A stretch of 64,000 nucleotides of DNA. It comes from Laetmonice hystrix (Eukaryota). Below the pieces are notes generated by a model, which was not told where the DNA came from, did not search any database, and was given only the letters and a program-made list of their open reading frames with translations. Numbering within the stretch: the stretch's first letter is position 1; each line of letters opens with the position of its first letter. The stretch spans positions 33,668,001 through 33,732,000 of the forward strand of contig OZ249436.1 of assembly GCA_965235115.1 (NCBI GenBank), read 5' to 3'. Below are positions 1 to 12,906 of the stretch, piece after piece. The position numbers were made by a program, and so were the translations under genes.

Positions 1-1457
1 CACTCGGGAGCTATCGCATATTGCAGTTCCAAGATACTGTTTCAGATCGTTTAATTTTTGACGTAGTTCCAGTTCAGTTTTTACCTTTTCCGCAACTTCT
101 GCTTCTGTAGTTAGAGAGTTTGATATTATTTAATTCATAACAGCCGCAAGACGGCGGAAGGGCCCGAAGGGGTCCAATTTTAGCTTCTTCTGTCTTCTGT
201 AAATGTGAGACCACTGAATTGGGAATGCTCCTCCCAGCATGTTTTGTCTTCTGGTTCCCATGTGTCAAGCATGCAGTGAGCAACTACAAAACTGTCGATA
301 ACCACTCTCTTTTTTTTGGGGGGGGGGGGGGGGTGGTGTCATAATGGCAATGATGCCTGTGATACTTTAGGGCGATGACTACACTTTATAATACATGCAT
401 GCTGTTTTGCTGAGCACCTACATACATTAGCCTCTAACATCGGCCGTGTGTATACACGGCCTATCCTCTAGCGATCGGGCTACGAGACCAAACGTTCAAC
501 CCGCAAAATGAATGCGCGTCCGCACCTCTTCCATCACTTCAAATAAAAGATTGCCTTTACCTTCAGCTACTGAGCCCAATGAACTTACTTGGTGTTCCTC
601 TAAGCAACAGATTCGGCCAATTTTCCAAACCAAGCGACCACTTTCCATAGTCTTACAACCGGCGCCATTTCTGTAAATTCACATCCGGGGTCAAGCTCAC
701 GAAGGGAGCGACCATTTCAGACGCTGGCTATTAGTTTGGCGCCATAATGGAGGAATTGCTCTTTGGTCTAGAATAATGAATGCTCCCCTGCTGGTCGCCA
801 GTGCACATGTTTTGAACATGCGCAGTAGAACAAACAGTATGGCGGCTAACGGCAGTGAACCAGCGCGATTCGGAATTTCGAAAGTCTGATTTATTAAAAC
901 TTTGGGCAAAAATCCTCGGAAAAGTGTGCAGCAGAGGAACAGAAGATGGGCTGCGTTAGAATTGACACCTCAACTGGCAGTAGTTACGATGGATTTTGCA
1001 CAGCGAGTGATTGACATAGGAGGTAGGGTTTTTCGCGTTAACGCTGTCCGTCCCTACACACTGGGGGGACGATACTCCGTCTAACATACATCAGCTTGTG
1101 ATATCCTAGATAGATTGTTGCGGAAATGGCAGTGACCCCCCCCCCCCCCGCCACACTTCAAGTAGATTCGGAAACGCTGTCGCAACATGAGATTAAAATA
1201 GTCATTCTCGATAATCTAACGGCATCGCCATCCCCGCTGATGAAAGAATAAAGACGAGGGAATTACCATAAGATTAAAATGAGATCGCCTTGTCTTTTCA
1301 GGACGCGACTTCGATCTTCTTATGTATGATGAGAAACCAACAATATGCTCCTGATGAAAAATTGTCAAGGTTTTTTTTTGTCTGGTAAGGTCATCATTGT
1401 AGCTACTTGTAATAATTAGGTATGACGAGTGTTCGCCTATTTTGTGGAAAGTTACTT

Positions 1458-1576
1458 TCAGGTCGAGTTACTAGTGCAGGCAGACGCCTTAACCAATGTC
1501 TCTCCCCAATGCACTCTCAGGTCTAGTTACTATAGGGCAGGCAGACGCCTTAGCCAATGTCTCTCCCCAATGCACT
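1458..1576. repeat. ~59-bp tandem duplication
   Basis: tcaggtc.agttacta..gcaggcagacgcctta.ccaatgtctctccccaatgcact appears twice. Confidence 0.85.
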
Positions 1577-1709
1577 ATCGTTTTGGGGTTGATAGACGAC
1601 TCGTAGAGAAATATTCAAATCCCTTCAAACACAGGAACGGCACCGATTCTGATCTCTACGAATACATGATTACTTGCCGTAACACCTGTTGGAGTGTTGC
1701 GCTCAGTTA

Positions 1710-2522
1710 GGGCATAAACCTGAAAAATGCCGCGCCGTCGCTAAATGTCACATTATGCAGGAATAGGCCACCCCTAAAAGATAATATATTATGGTCGGTT
1801 TTGTAAATGAATTGGGCTATTTATCCCAGACTCTGATAGTAAAAGTGTAGAAATTCTATGGACATTTAACGGGAATCCGCCGGATGTACATCTTCCGAGG
1901 GAGTCTCCATTGAAGGAATCGACTGCACTACATTTTCAATCGGCCGGATCAGAGACCACACCACACATCCGGCGGATTCCCGTTAAATGTCCGTAAAATG
2001 TCTACACTTTTACTATCCGAGTCTATTTCCCGAAAGCAAAGTAAACCGGAAATGGCTCGGTCGTTCCGATTGTTTAGGTCCGTGCTCGCCTGTCCGGCAT
2101 GTTGTTTTTGGTACTGCGCATGTGCAAATGGAACCGGAAACGGGAGGAATATGGTGACGGAGTGGTTTAAAAAGTTGGCTTCAATTTACAACGAAAGGCC
2201 CTAACAGTCATAATCACCTTGGGAATAGACGAGGTCTTGCACGAGGATTTAGCGAAAGCTTTGCACATGAACAGGGGCATTTCATTGTAGAAATCACGAC
2301 AGGTGTTTGAAATCGACATTGGAACCGAGCGCTCCCACATCCTTAACGCGGAGCTCTAAGGGTTGCCACGTCTAGCAGACGCTGTGTTTGTGTTCTGTGT
2401 TTGGTTTAATACGGTTTAATACACTAGCCGCGCCGCTGCTAAAAGTGACATTATACTTAAATAATGTATCTTTTAGGGGTGGCGTATTCCTGCATAATGT
2501 GACATTTCTCGGGTTTATGCCC
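1710..2522. mobile_element. Non-autonomous TIR element (GGGC..GCCC, TA-flanked)
   Basis: gggcataaac...aaatgtcacattatgcaggaataggccacccctaaaagata at ~1710-1783 is mirrored at ~2467-2522. Confidence 0.7.
1828..2024. mobile_element. MITE with ~60-bp TIRs, nested in the 1710-2522 element
   Basis: agactctgatagtaaaagtgtaga...ggaatccgccggatgt and its reverse complement. Confidence 0.75.
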
Positions 2523-2861
2523 TAAATAAACTCGGCTAGTCCTCGAGCCTATATAAGGACGTTCAACGGTAAAGAGCTCCGCTGTAATTTCGTAAAATAT
2601 CTCCAATAGCCAAGAAACAAGTAACTCAGTCTGCAACATTTTGTATCTCGTTCGTTGTAAATTGAAGCCGACTTTTTGTCCGGTAATCCGGATATGTCCG
2701 CAAATATCAGCTAGATGTGTCCGGTACCGGACACATCTAGCTGTTTGCTGACATATCTCCTATTGGACATAACTAGCCGTTCGGACGTATCTAGCCGGAA
2801 CAGGGCCCTAACGAATTTTGTCCCTTTAATCTGACAAGATAACCACAATGTATAGCTTTAC

Positions 2862-3200
2862 TATGGACCCCCGGAGGTGACATGCTGAAAATATTTTTTA
2901 ATCCCTGCGCACGGATTACTAAACCGTGGCCACGGTTTAGTAATTCGTTGCCACGGATTACTAATCCCTGCGCACGGTTTTAGTAATTCGTGGCCACGGT
3001 TTAGTAATTCGTGGCCACAGATTATGAATTCGTGGCAAAAAATTACTAAACCGTGGCCACGAACTACTAAACCGTGCGCACGGATTAGTTTAGTAATCCG
3101 TGGGCACGGATTAGTATGGTGGCGCACAGTGGCCACGGTTTAGTAATCCGTGCGCACGGATTAAAAAATATTTTCAGCATATCACCTCCGGGGCTCCATA
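2862..3200. mobile_element. Foldback MITE (TATGG..CCATA) with internal ~21-bp repeats
   Basis: ~70-bp TIRs; flanks CTTTAC / CTTGAC (5 of 6 match). Confidence 0.85.
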
Positions 3201-4974
3201 CTTGACACACTATAAAAGATTAAGTCACTCCAATTGTGCTTGCAGTGCGGTGGAACACTCGCAACAGGATCGCCGCTACAGTGATAGTCGACTGCCATAG
3301 ACGCTCATATATATTTTCCTTTCTTTGTTTTTACATGAGTTCAGAGTATCATACTTGGGCATGCAATTTCAGTATGTCTACAGTACACACCCCTACCTTT
3401 AAAAAAATTAATCCGTCATTTGCTAACCATACAACCCCCAAAAAGAGGATACCTTCCTCTCAACTGAGCAATTTCTAGTTATCACAGGATCTTGCACAAC
3501 GTCCTTAGAACTCATGTCAGTAAAGTACGAAAGCCCAGAAGGCTCATCCGAGATGCGAAATCCGAAATGCGAGATGTGAGATGCGAAATGCGAAATGCGA
3601 AATGCGAAATGCGAGATGTGAGATGCGAAATGCGAAATGCGAAATGCGAAATGCGAAATGCGAAATCCGAAATCCGAAATGCGAGATGTGAAAATCTTAA
3701 AAAACAAAAAAACAAAAAAAAACAAAACAACAACAACAAAAAAACGCTGGCCAATGAGATATAGGCCTATAGAGGTTACCTACTTTTGGTCTCACGGTTC
3801 TTTTTCAACAGAGGTGTCAGTATGAAATGTCAGTTTTTGATTCTTTGGTCCCTTCTTTGTGATGTCAGTAAATGCATATAAAGCGTTCTTAACTGTTTTA
3901 AGGCTACACTGGAAAAATAGATTGGTTAAATTTAACAAATTATGTGCTGTGATTATGGTTCATTCTAATAAGCGTAGGGCTACACCCAACTGTACTGTAC
4001 CCTACCCAAACCATAGAAATCCCATAATTCCCCTTGAATGGCCATGCCGCCTTCTGGGGTAGCTGCAGCAGTAATGGCGGAGAGTAAAGTGAGAGTAGCC
4101 TACAGAAGACCATCCCGTGACCATCGTGTAAGCCTTCCATGTATTTAATCAGGCACAATTATAAAATAACTGAATAAACCCTGGTCAAAGGTAGTTCAGT
4201 TTCTAAACGGTGTCTTCTAGAACACCGTTAGTTGTCGAGTGACGTTTGCCCAGCGATTCTTGCGAAGAGTTCCGTTATCGCAACTTTGCGACCTTCGTTT
4301 TGGTACTAAACTTCTTCTATGGAGCATGAAATCGATATTTTCAGAGAGCAGAGGTGATAGAATGGCTATTCTAACCTTGATTATAATTATTGGACAAATA
4401 TAACGTCTGGTTGATTACGTGCAAGTCGGGTCCGTAGGCTCCGTAAGCCATCTGCGGTGCACCGAGTGACCGGGAACTGATAAAAGCTAGATCGCTCAGG
4501 ATACCCGAAACGGGTTGCTTCACTCTGTGCCGTCAGCGCCAGGTAGCGCGACCTACTTATATGCGGTCCGTTCCGGATCCACTATAGAGGTCGGAAATAT
4601 GCACACCCGATAAACTGGGCCACCGCTCGTCGCCTGCGCTGCGCTGAATTTGACCAAACAAACTGAGAATTTCACCTACTAAGATAACATCCAACAAAAT
4701 ACATTTACGTATCTGTTGAAGTAACCTCTTTTGTGTACTCTCAGCAAGTTTCAGTGCCAAAAGTGGTCTGTAACATGACTTTGAGGCGATGGTGCGCGAT
4801 AGGACCAAGATACAACCCCGGCAGGATAGCAGTCGCTGGTGTAATTTGTACTCGAGTCCGTATGGACGTAAGGACTAGGACTTTGACTTGTTGGAGTAGG
4901 TCAAAGGATGACAGAAGACCGGCTCCGAATGTTTCAGAATCAACTGTAACGAGAGTCCGTTGGGACTTTACATT

Positions 4975-5232
4975 TTGACATTTCGGATTATGGATTTCGG
5001 ATTTCGAATTTCGCATTTCGCATTTCGCATTTCGCATTTCGCATTTCGCATTTCGCATTTCGGATTTCGGATTTCGGATTTCGCATTTCGCATTTCGCAT
5101 TTCGCATTTCGCATTTCGGATTTCGGATTTCGGATTTCGCATTTCGGATTTCGGATTTCGGATCTCGCATTTCGCATTTCGCATTTCGCATTTCGAATTT
5201 CGGATTTCAGATTTCGTATTTCAAATTTCGGA
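4975..5232. repeat. (TTTCGCA/TTTCGGA)n heptamer satellite inside the 3526-5892 element
   Basis: Direct inspection. Confidence 0.95.
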
Positions 5233-5280
5233 TGGAGAGGTGGAGTTCAGGGTCTTCTCAAAGGGCACCTACCTACAGAA

Positions 5281-5560
5281 CAGGCGCGGATAGAGCACTG
5301 CAAAATCACGGGACGCCCTCGAGCGCCAAGGGCGCGACGCAAACATCTGCAGGGTGGGGGGGGGGGGGGGTCTGGGAAAATGTTTGAATTTAGAAGGCAA
5401 AAAAACTCGCTCTTTTTTAGCATCTGGAGATAGAAATTGTGGCGGAATGCGAAAGTTTCTCAACGCATTTAGGCCTAACCTACCAATAATTTTTCTCACT
5501 TCTTCAAAAAAGGGGAGCGTGCGCCCCCACACCCCCCACTTGCCCTTGGATCCGCGCCTG
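5281..5560. mobile_element. CAGGCGCGGAT-type MITE
   Basis: TIRs; flanks CAGAA / CAAAA. Confidence 0.7.
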
Positions 5561-6562
5561 CAAAAGTTAGCCAAGAAGTGCACTTTGAGTCCCAATGGGG
5601 GGTTCGAACCCCCCGACCCCCCCTCTAGATCCATGCCTGAGTAAGTAAGTAAGTAAGTAAGTAGGGGAGTAGGCCTAAGTAAGTAAGTAAGTAAGTAACC
5701 TCTAACTTATTGGCCAGCGTTTTGTTTTTTGGGGGTTGTTTTGTTTGTTTTTGTTTTTTTTGTTTTTTAAGATTTTCACATCTCGCATTTCGGATTTCGG
5801 ATTTCGGATTTCGTATTTCGCATTTCGCATTTCGCATTTCGCATTTCGCATTTCGCATTTCGCATCTCGCATGAGCCTTCTGGGCTTTCGTAGTAAAGCT
5901 ACTCGGGCGAATGAAGCAATGAGTCAAAAGACCTGAAACATTTGTTTCTTTGTCCCGACTATATTTTGATTTCCAATCTTTTTGGTGGATACACATTACC
6001 TTTTTGCTTTGCCAAGCCTTGGATAGAACCTCTTCCTTGGACAAATAACTCCTCCGCATATTATGCCATCTGTTCGATTTCACACGTCTCAAATAGTTCT
6101 CATTGGGTAGAAATCCATAATTAAACTACATAATATTCTGTTGCTCCAATTTTAAAGAAGTTTGATCTTGAAATGAAACAGGATGGAATGTACAAACATA
6201 AAAACACGGAACGAAAATATTAAGATATTCTACACTTTGTTATTACTTAAGTCAGTCAAGATTGGCGCACGTAATACGAGTCTTTTCCCATCTATGGATT
6301 GGAGTAACCGCTGATGGAAATGTAACAGATACAGAGGGACATGTAATATTTAATGTATAGCTTATTGTTTATCCCTAGTAGACCGGGGGATTTGTGCTCA
6401 AATGGGCCGTAACCCAAAACAAATTGCAATAGTAATAAACCATATACCAAATGAAAGCTCACGAGCTGCTCTATAACATATCCAAAGTCTAAGAAAATCT
6501 AATTAGTGGAAGAACTTTTTCTAGAGGGGGGGGGGGGAATTTGGCCTTACGTATACCCATAT

Positions 6563-7405
6563 CAGGCCCGTAGCCAGCTATCCAGAGGGGTTGGTTCGTT
6601 GGAGGGCAAAAGGGGGACCGACAGTAAGCCCGGCGTCAGGGGGCCAGAGGGAAATTGAACAGCGCAAACATACGCAGGGGTCTCGGGGACCTCCCCCAGG
6701 AAATTTTTGATTTCAGAAGGCAATCCCCTGCTATTTTCTGGCATTTTGAGATATATATAAATTGTGAAGTTTCTCAAAGCATTTCGGCCTATAGTTAGCA
6801 GGGGCGGATCCAGCTTTTTCAAGTAGGAGGGGGGGGGGGTCCAACGTTTTTAGGGGCGCCGAAGGCTCGAAGTCTGCGAGCGCCGAAGGCGCGAATCCTT
6901 GCTAGGGGGGTCTAGGGGCATGCCCTCGGAAAATGTTGAAATTCAAGGTGTAATTTGGTGAAATCTGATGCATTTTGGAGCACAAAATAAGCTATTCAAT
7001 GACCAGTGTCCGAATTCATGATTGGCAGGAAGGGCGCCATGAAATTTTAGAGGGGGTCAATAACATGTGCAGTGAGACCCCAGAAAATTTTTGAATTCAG
7101 AAGGCAAAAGAACGCGATTTCCTGGCATCTGGAGATAGAATTTCTGAAGGTTCTGGGGGTCCTTCCCAGGACATTTTTAAATTTAGAAGGCATAAAAATG
7201 CTATTACTGGCATTTGGAGATAGAAATTTTAAACTTTGTCATAGGGGTGACCATGGGTCGGGGGGGGGGGTTGTTCGAACACCCCGAACACCCTCTGGCT
7301 ACGGGCCTGACTGTCAGAGGGGACCAGATCCCCCTCTCAGGGGGGACTATGGGTCCAGGGGGTGGTTCGTTTGAACACCCCGAACACCCCCTGGCTACGG
7401 GCCTG
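6563..7405. mobile_element. CAGGCCCGTAGCCAG-type MITE with 5-bp TSD (CATAT); composite, with a duplicated 3' end
   Basis: TIR caggcccgtagccag / ctggctacgggcctg. CATAT flanks both sides, and the empty site is visible in the other arm (~10041-10046). Confidence 0.85.
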
Positions 7406-7682
7406 CATATGCCAGACGTTATTTGTGACATTACCTCTCTAAACATTAATATAATGCCAATATACTGTAATAATATAAGATAAGATGAGAGAGGATCTAA
7501 GATTAGATAAAATGAGATAACATAAGATAAGAATTTACTTATTTCCAGTACATAATACATAAATTTGTTGTTGGAAACACTGATTGAGCTACGTGATGCA
7601 GCATGTACATGGCGCAATTTAGTAAATAAGCAATTTAGCTTGATTAAGTAAACACTAGTCTTGAAACATTTAGACAAGAGTC

Positions 7683-9480
7683 ATGTGTTGGATATTGGAT
7701 ATAAACGGGATATATTCAAAACAACGTGCTCAAAAGCAAAGGCCTAAGGAGGAGGAATTTATACAAAAGCTGAAAGAACTAGAGGAAAACCTAAGTGAGA
7801 ACAACCTTTTAGAATACCGAGAAATGAAAAAAAAGATTGGAAAAATAGACACAGAAAACGCTAGAGGAATTATTCTGGCAATTATAAAGGCAAAATGGTA
7901 TGAGGGTGGTGAAAGGAACACCAAGTATTTTATGAACTTAGAGAGGAGAAATTCCATCAAGAAACACATTCTAAAATTGAAGTTACACCTGAAAAATATA
8001 TAACAGACCCTAAACCAATTCTATTAGAAGAAGAGTGCTTTTATGAAAACCTTTATAAAGAGAAAATAATACAACTCGATTTGGAAGAAAATCAAATAAG
8101 TTTGTTAACCCTACATCATTACCTAGACTATCACCGAAACAGAAAGAAAGTTGTGAGGGACTAATAACTGAAGATGAGTGTAAGACTGTTTTAAAACCCT
8201 TAAAAACAACAAATCACCAGGGAATGAGGGGCTTACAACGGAATTTTATAAATACTTCTGAAATGACAGTACCCTTACATTACATCAGTATATTAGTATC
8301 TTGTTACAATAAAAGCTATAGCAACCAAATTCTACCCGTATCTCAAAGGAAAGCTGTAATAACCCTAATTGATAAAGGAAAGGATAGGTTATCACTTAAA
8401 AATTGGCGTCCGATTTCACTTCTGAATACAGATTATAAACTCATGACTAAAGTAATAGCATATAGAATGAAAAAGGTATTACCGGATATAATACACCATA
8501 ATGATTGATCAGACGGATTATGTTGAGGGAAGATCTATTGGGGATCGTGTGAGGCAAGTGTTAGACCTTATAGAATATAATGGAAAGTGAGGATATTTCA
8601 GGTTCAATAGTATGCACAGATTTTGAAAATGCTTTCGATTCCTTAAATTGGAAATTCATGATAAAAACAATGGAAACTTTCATTTTGGCCCTAATGTTAT
8701 TTAACGGGTAAAAACCTTTTATAATGATATCTCAGCCTGTAATATTAATAACGGTTACACCTCAGGTTATTTTAAATTAGAAAGGGGAGTAAGCAGGGCC
8801 AGATCCAGGATTTTTTTCAAGGGTTGGGGGATGGGGGGTGGGGGGTGGGGGGTGGGGGGTTGCAGTCATCTAGTCGGCCTATCAATGTATCATTGCCAGT
8901 TATTTGCTGTTGTTCTCTTTTTACTTATATTATTATATTATTATTATTTTATGGGATATTGGTTAATTACCACTTTAGATTTCAGATTCATACCGTGGTT
9001 CTTTCGGGAAAAAATTCGACAACTTTTTGTTTTCTTATATGGGGGATTCTAAGGGAGGTTGCACCCCTCTTAGTTAAAATGGGTGTCGGATCAATGCAAA
9101 TTTTGTAACGCCGATAAAGAAACACTATGTCCACTTACTCTATAGGTGCGTAAAGGTCCAAATATTTTGGAGACAAGTTGAAATATGGTTTAATACAATT
9201 GTTAGTACATGGCAATGTTAAATTTATCAGAAGTGTGTGTTTTGTTTGGAGACCTCTCAGAAGCTCAATCATAATATGGAACAGTGTTGTACTTTTAGGA
9301 AAGTATTATATTTATGGATGTAAAGTTCAGGAAAAAAATTACAGAACAAACGGGTTTCAAAAGCAGGTTAAACGAAGAATTAATGGTAGAAAATAAAGTA
9401 GCAAAGAATACAAACAAAGAGGAAGGTTTCTTAGAAAATGGGAGGTATTTTTGAATGCGTCACATAACTAAGCTTCTGTA
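7683..9480 (+). mobile_element. Degenerate L1/Tx1-clade LINE ORF2 (RT) fragment, frameshifted, internally deleted and interrupted near 8793
   Basis: Motifs across frames: KAKWYEGGERNTKYF, KSPG.EGL..EFY, ITLIDKGKDRLSLKNWRPISLLNTDYKLMTKVIA.RMK.VLP.II, DFENAFDSLNWKF, NNGYTSGYFKLERGV, and C-terminal VLLGKYYIY. Confidence 0.9.
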
Positions 9481-11472
9481 TATAGATTTAAGGCCCTTGT
9501 AAGTGTTTGTCATGTATGTACATATAAATGTGTTTTGTTTTAATTGTACTCCTGTTGCCATGCTGTGTATGTGTACGTAAGGCCACAAAAAAGATTTGTT
9601 TCTTGTCCCCGCGCGCGTCACCTAAAAACCCCCGCGTCAAGTCTTTTTTTTCAAATCAGACTGCTTTATATGGTGGGCAGTGTAGCGCTGTGACAGTTGT
9701 TGCAACGGTTCTTTGGCGTTGGCGTTTTTCTGTTAGTCTTATTGCTTTTTATGTGAGTTTACACATTCTTTAATGAAAACATTTAACATCAGTGCATTTA
9801 GTCTTTTCTTCAAGATTTCTTCATGTACCCAACAGCAATTTCATTCGAGGAATCGGCCGTTGTTTAGTTGCATCCAAAAAAAAAAAAGATGAAAAAAAAT
9901 GTACTGGAAATAAATAAATTCTTATCTTATATTATCTCATTTTATCTAATCTTAGATCCTCTCTCATCTTATCTTATATTATTACAGTATATTGGCATTA
10001 TATTAATGTTTAGAGAGGTAATGTCACAAATAACGTTTGGCATATGGGTATGCGTAAGGCCAAAGTTTCCCCCCTCTAGAAAAAGTTGTTCCACTAATTA
10101 GATTTTCATAGACTTTTGATATGTTATAGAGCAGATCGTGAGCTTTCATTTGGTATATGGTTTATTACTATTGCAATTTGTTTTGGGTGCTTCCTTATTT
10201 CACCTAGACTATAGCTGTACAAATGGTACAACAAATTTGTAGTTTTCAGTTCCTCTTCAGCAACTCACAGCTTTTCTTAATTTGACAATACAAATGCAAT
10301 GGTGTACGGTTAGTAGATTTTGTCATGAATAAATCAAACGTGCACGTTCCCTTTTGACCTGTAAAGTTTGGTATTTAGACAGCACCAATGAGAAGTAATG
10401 AGATACCGTTGGATTCATGATAATGATAATCTAATGAAAAAAGGAGACGAATTGTGATAATCGATTTTGCGCTTTTCAATCTGCAAATAATCTGCGCCTG
10501 CAAATAACCTGCCGACGTACTTTCATCCCATCCTCTTGTTTTCAAATGACAAACCTGTTGATACCCATCTAATTAAACGCTTAGATTACTTCGTAGAAAA
10601 TATGTCAATGACAGCGCTGCCATTCTTGAAAGCATCCCTGACTTGCTGACCACAACACGTTCTAAAGATATCAGAACTAGCTGGAATTTGTTCTTTCTTG
10701 CCATAGAATCTTAGTTAGCATAACCAAATACCTATTCCCACTTTTGTGATAGTTCCCTATAGGTATTAAATTATATAAAAAGTTAAAATAATGGCTACAT
10801 TAATTTAACTAATCTAATGAGTATATCAAAAACTGATAATAGATACCACCCTTTACTAAATCTAATGCGTTCCTCCTTTTTAAAAAAGGAAGGTAAATAA
10901 TTATTGTTCACAGCAAAATATAATTGTACCTAATTAAACATTTAATCCAAAACCAAGGATCTGATCCATTGTCTTGAAGTGATAGCATAATTACAAGAGT
11001 AGTCGCAAAATCATCATGAATTTTGCTCTTGGCGAGTAATCCATGGATGGATTGTAGGTGTCAATTATTTTCATTACCAGTGCATTTTATAATTAATTTG
11101 GCTGCGCATTTAAAAAAAGCATGGGGATAAAAACCCGTTTGAACAACAATCATTTGACGTTTTCATGACAAGTCCAGGATGCTTTTAAAGTGTGCCCAAA
11201 CACAAAATACAAGTTCTTATTGAATGCCATCCTTTTGAACAATGTTTTTTCCTAAATGGTTTTCGGATCTTTTTACTGCACTTAAGATTTTTGTTTTACA
11301 GTCGACTTTGTCATGGGAAGGCTCTATAAAAGGTATCTGCAGCGGCGCACTTTATTTTCTGTAACTTCAGCTGAAGAGCCTGGCGCTGCTTTCAAGAACA
11401 ATGTCTAGCCAATTTTGACTGTCAATTACAAGCAGAGTACCCACAGACAACCGCCGACCTGTGTACGGTAAT

Positions 11473-12060
11473 GGCGCTGTCACACTATTGCGTATCGTAC
11501 TAGCGAATGCCAGCGTATGAAAATAACACTCAAACGCTGATATACGCTAGGGGTAGGCCTACGTTAGGCATAGGTTGTATACGTCTCAAGTACGGCCGCA
11601 TACGGTGGCATACGCTGGCATACGGCGAGGCAGGTACGCCAGAGGTACGTTACTCATAGGTCAAATACGCTGGTCATACGGTGATATACGCTGGCATGAA
11701 GGTGTAACGTACAGCTAGCGTATTGATACACGAGTAACGTAATTTCAACGTATGTCTGACGTATCCGCAACGTATCTAGACATCTTGGCGTATGCCTGAC
11801 AATCGCTGTTCATACCCTACTCATACACGCTAGACATACGGTGGTCATACCATACTGGACTGGACATAGGCTGGACATACGCTGACATCCGCTGGTCATG
11901 CGCTGGCCATACGCGCAGATATATACGCTGGTCATACGCCGGCCATAGGCAGGGCATACGCTACTCATTACGGCAAGTCTACGGTCGATTCTGTATGTTC
12001 AGCGGCATCTTGTGCGTATGAAAATGCGTATGAAAATTATTTTGTGGATTTTTATACGCA
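11473..12060 (+). mobile_element. Probable PIF/Harbinger-type non-autonomous fragment rich in CATACG repeats
   Basis: Begins GGCGCTGTCACAC, followed by dense atacgctg motifs; no right TIR seen. Confidence 0.45.
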
Positions 12061-12170
12061 ACTCATGTTACGGCATATATTGTCGCCGTGCATATTTTGT
12101 CGCCGGCGACAATATATGCCATATATATATAGGCCTATAGGCCTACTGTCGCCGGCGACAATATATGACA

Positions 12171-12690
12171 TTATAACACGCCTACTTTCTTTCCTGCGCT
12201 CTGATTGGTCGGTTCCTGGTCACGTGGTCCGAATAATTTTAATGCTGTCTCATGCTTTACCGGGCAATAGTTGTCGAACTATTGCCCATGGGAAATAGTT
12301 CGACAAATCGTTGCGTGATGGCAATAGGCCTACCTTGCCTGCAGAACTTCTGAGACAATAGCGGACGACTTTTCCGCACTGACAAGGGTTTTGAATTTAT
12401 ATGAAAGAGAGATTCAGATCTGGGAGTAGGCCTAGATAGGAGCTAGTGGCATCACAGTGAGTGTGGCATCACAGTGAGTGACATCTAATTAATGTAGGCC
12501 ATACTCACGGGCAGAAAACTAAAAACAACACACCCAGTCGCCGGGAATCGCTGTTTACTTTTGAATGAAATGCATGTAGGTATGGCGTGTTATAAAACAC
12601 ATGTTGACTGGCCTTATTCGGGCAACAGCATACATGTCGCCCGGGGGGAACAGACGTATGCTGTTGCCCTCTTGACCAGTCAACATGTGT
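12171..12690 (+). mobile_element. Non-autonomous element with short inverted repeats and a 3' ~94-bp hairpin (Crypton-like architecture)
   Basis: TTATAACACGCC (12171) / GGCGTGTTATAA (12584-12595), followed by the hairpin acacatgttgactgg..gggcaacagcatac..gtatgctgttgccc..ccagtcaacatgtgt (12597-12690). Confidence 0.55.
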
Positions 12691-12849
12691 ATACTGTTCA
12701 TGGCATATAGACTCTATTGCCGCCCATTAGCACATATTGTCGCCGGCGACATTAGGCATTTTTGGCTCATGTTTCACTACAACCGCCCGAACTGTCCGCC
12801 ATTGTTGTTGTTGTTGATCGGCTACGACAACTGACCTTGGCTGGAGACC

Positions 12850-12906
12850 TGCGCCCTCTGGTGGCAGTCTCTGGTACGGCAGTAGAGGGCAGCAGCAGAG
12901 GGCAGG
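12850..12906. promoter_or_regulatory. Cluster of three CTCF-like motifs
   Basis: CCACCAGAGGGCGCA (minus, 12850-12864), GCAGTAGAGGGCAGC (12879-12893) and GCAGCAGAGGGCAGG (12892-12906). Confidence 0.4.

Larger units (their letters stand above)
3526..5892. mobile_element. Non-autonomous TIR element (IS3EU-like) with (ATGCGAA)n-filled TIRs and a perfect 6-bp TSD
   Basis: Termini TACGAAAGCCCAGAAGGCTCAT / ATGAGCCTTCTGGGCTTTCGTA. Inverted arms at ~3526-3780 and ~5697-5892. GTAAAG flanks both ends (3520-3525, 5893-5898). Confidence 0.85.
6412..10188. repeat. Long inverted repeat: arms at 6412-7553 (containing a MITE insertion) and 9899-10188, enclosing the LINE fragment
   Basis: About 290 bp of highly similar sequence in opposite orientations. 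Confidence 0.85.

Noticed and set aside
1..130. Minus-strand frame TTEAEVAEKVKTELELRQKLNDLKQYLG, coiled-coil-like
   Set aside because: Too short, cut by the window edge, and no recognisable family.
3790..3910. Minus-strand acceptor followed by CSLK..., considered as KCNMB-like exon 2
   Set aside because: Hits a stop after ~38 codons, has no TM2 or conserved Cys, and lies inside a transposon.
3423..6092. Multiple ORFs with RISHFAF / MRNAKCE repeats
   Set aside because: These are translations of the stop-free heptamer satellite, not proteins.
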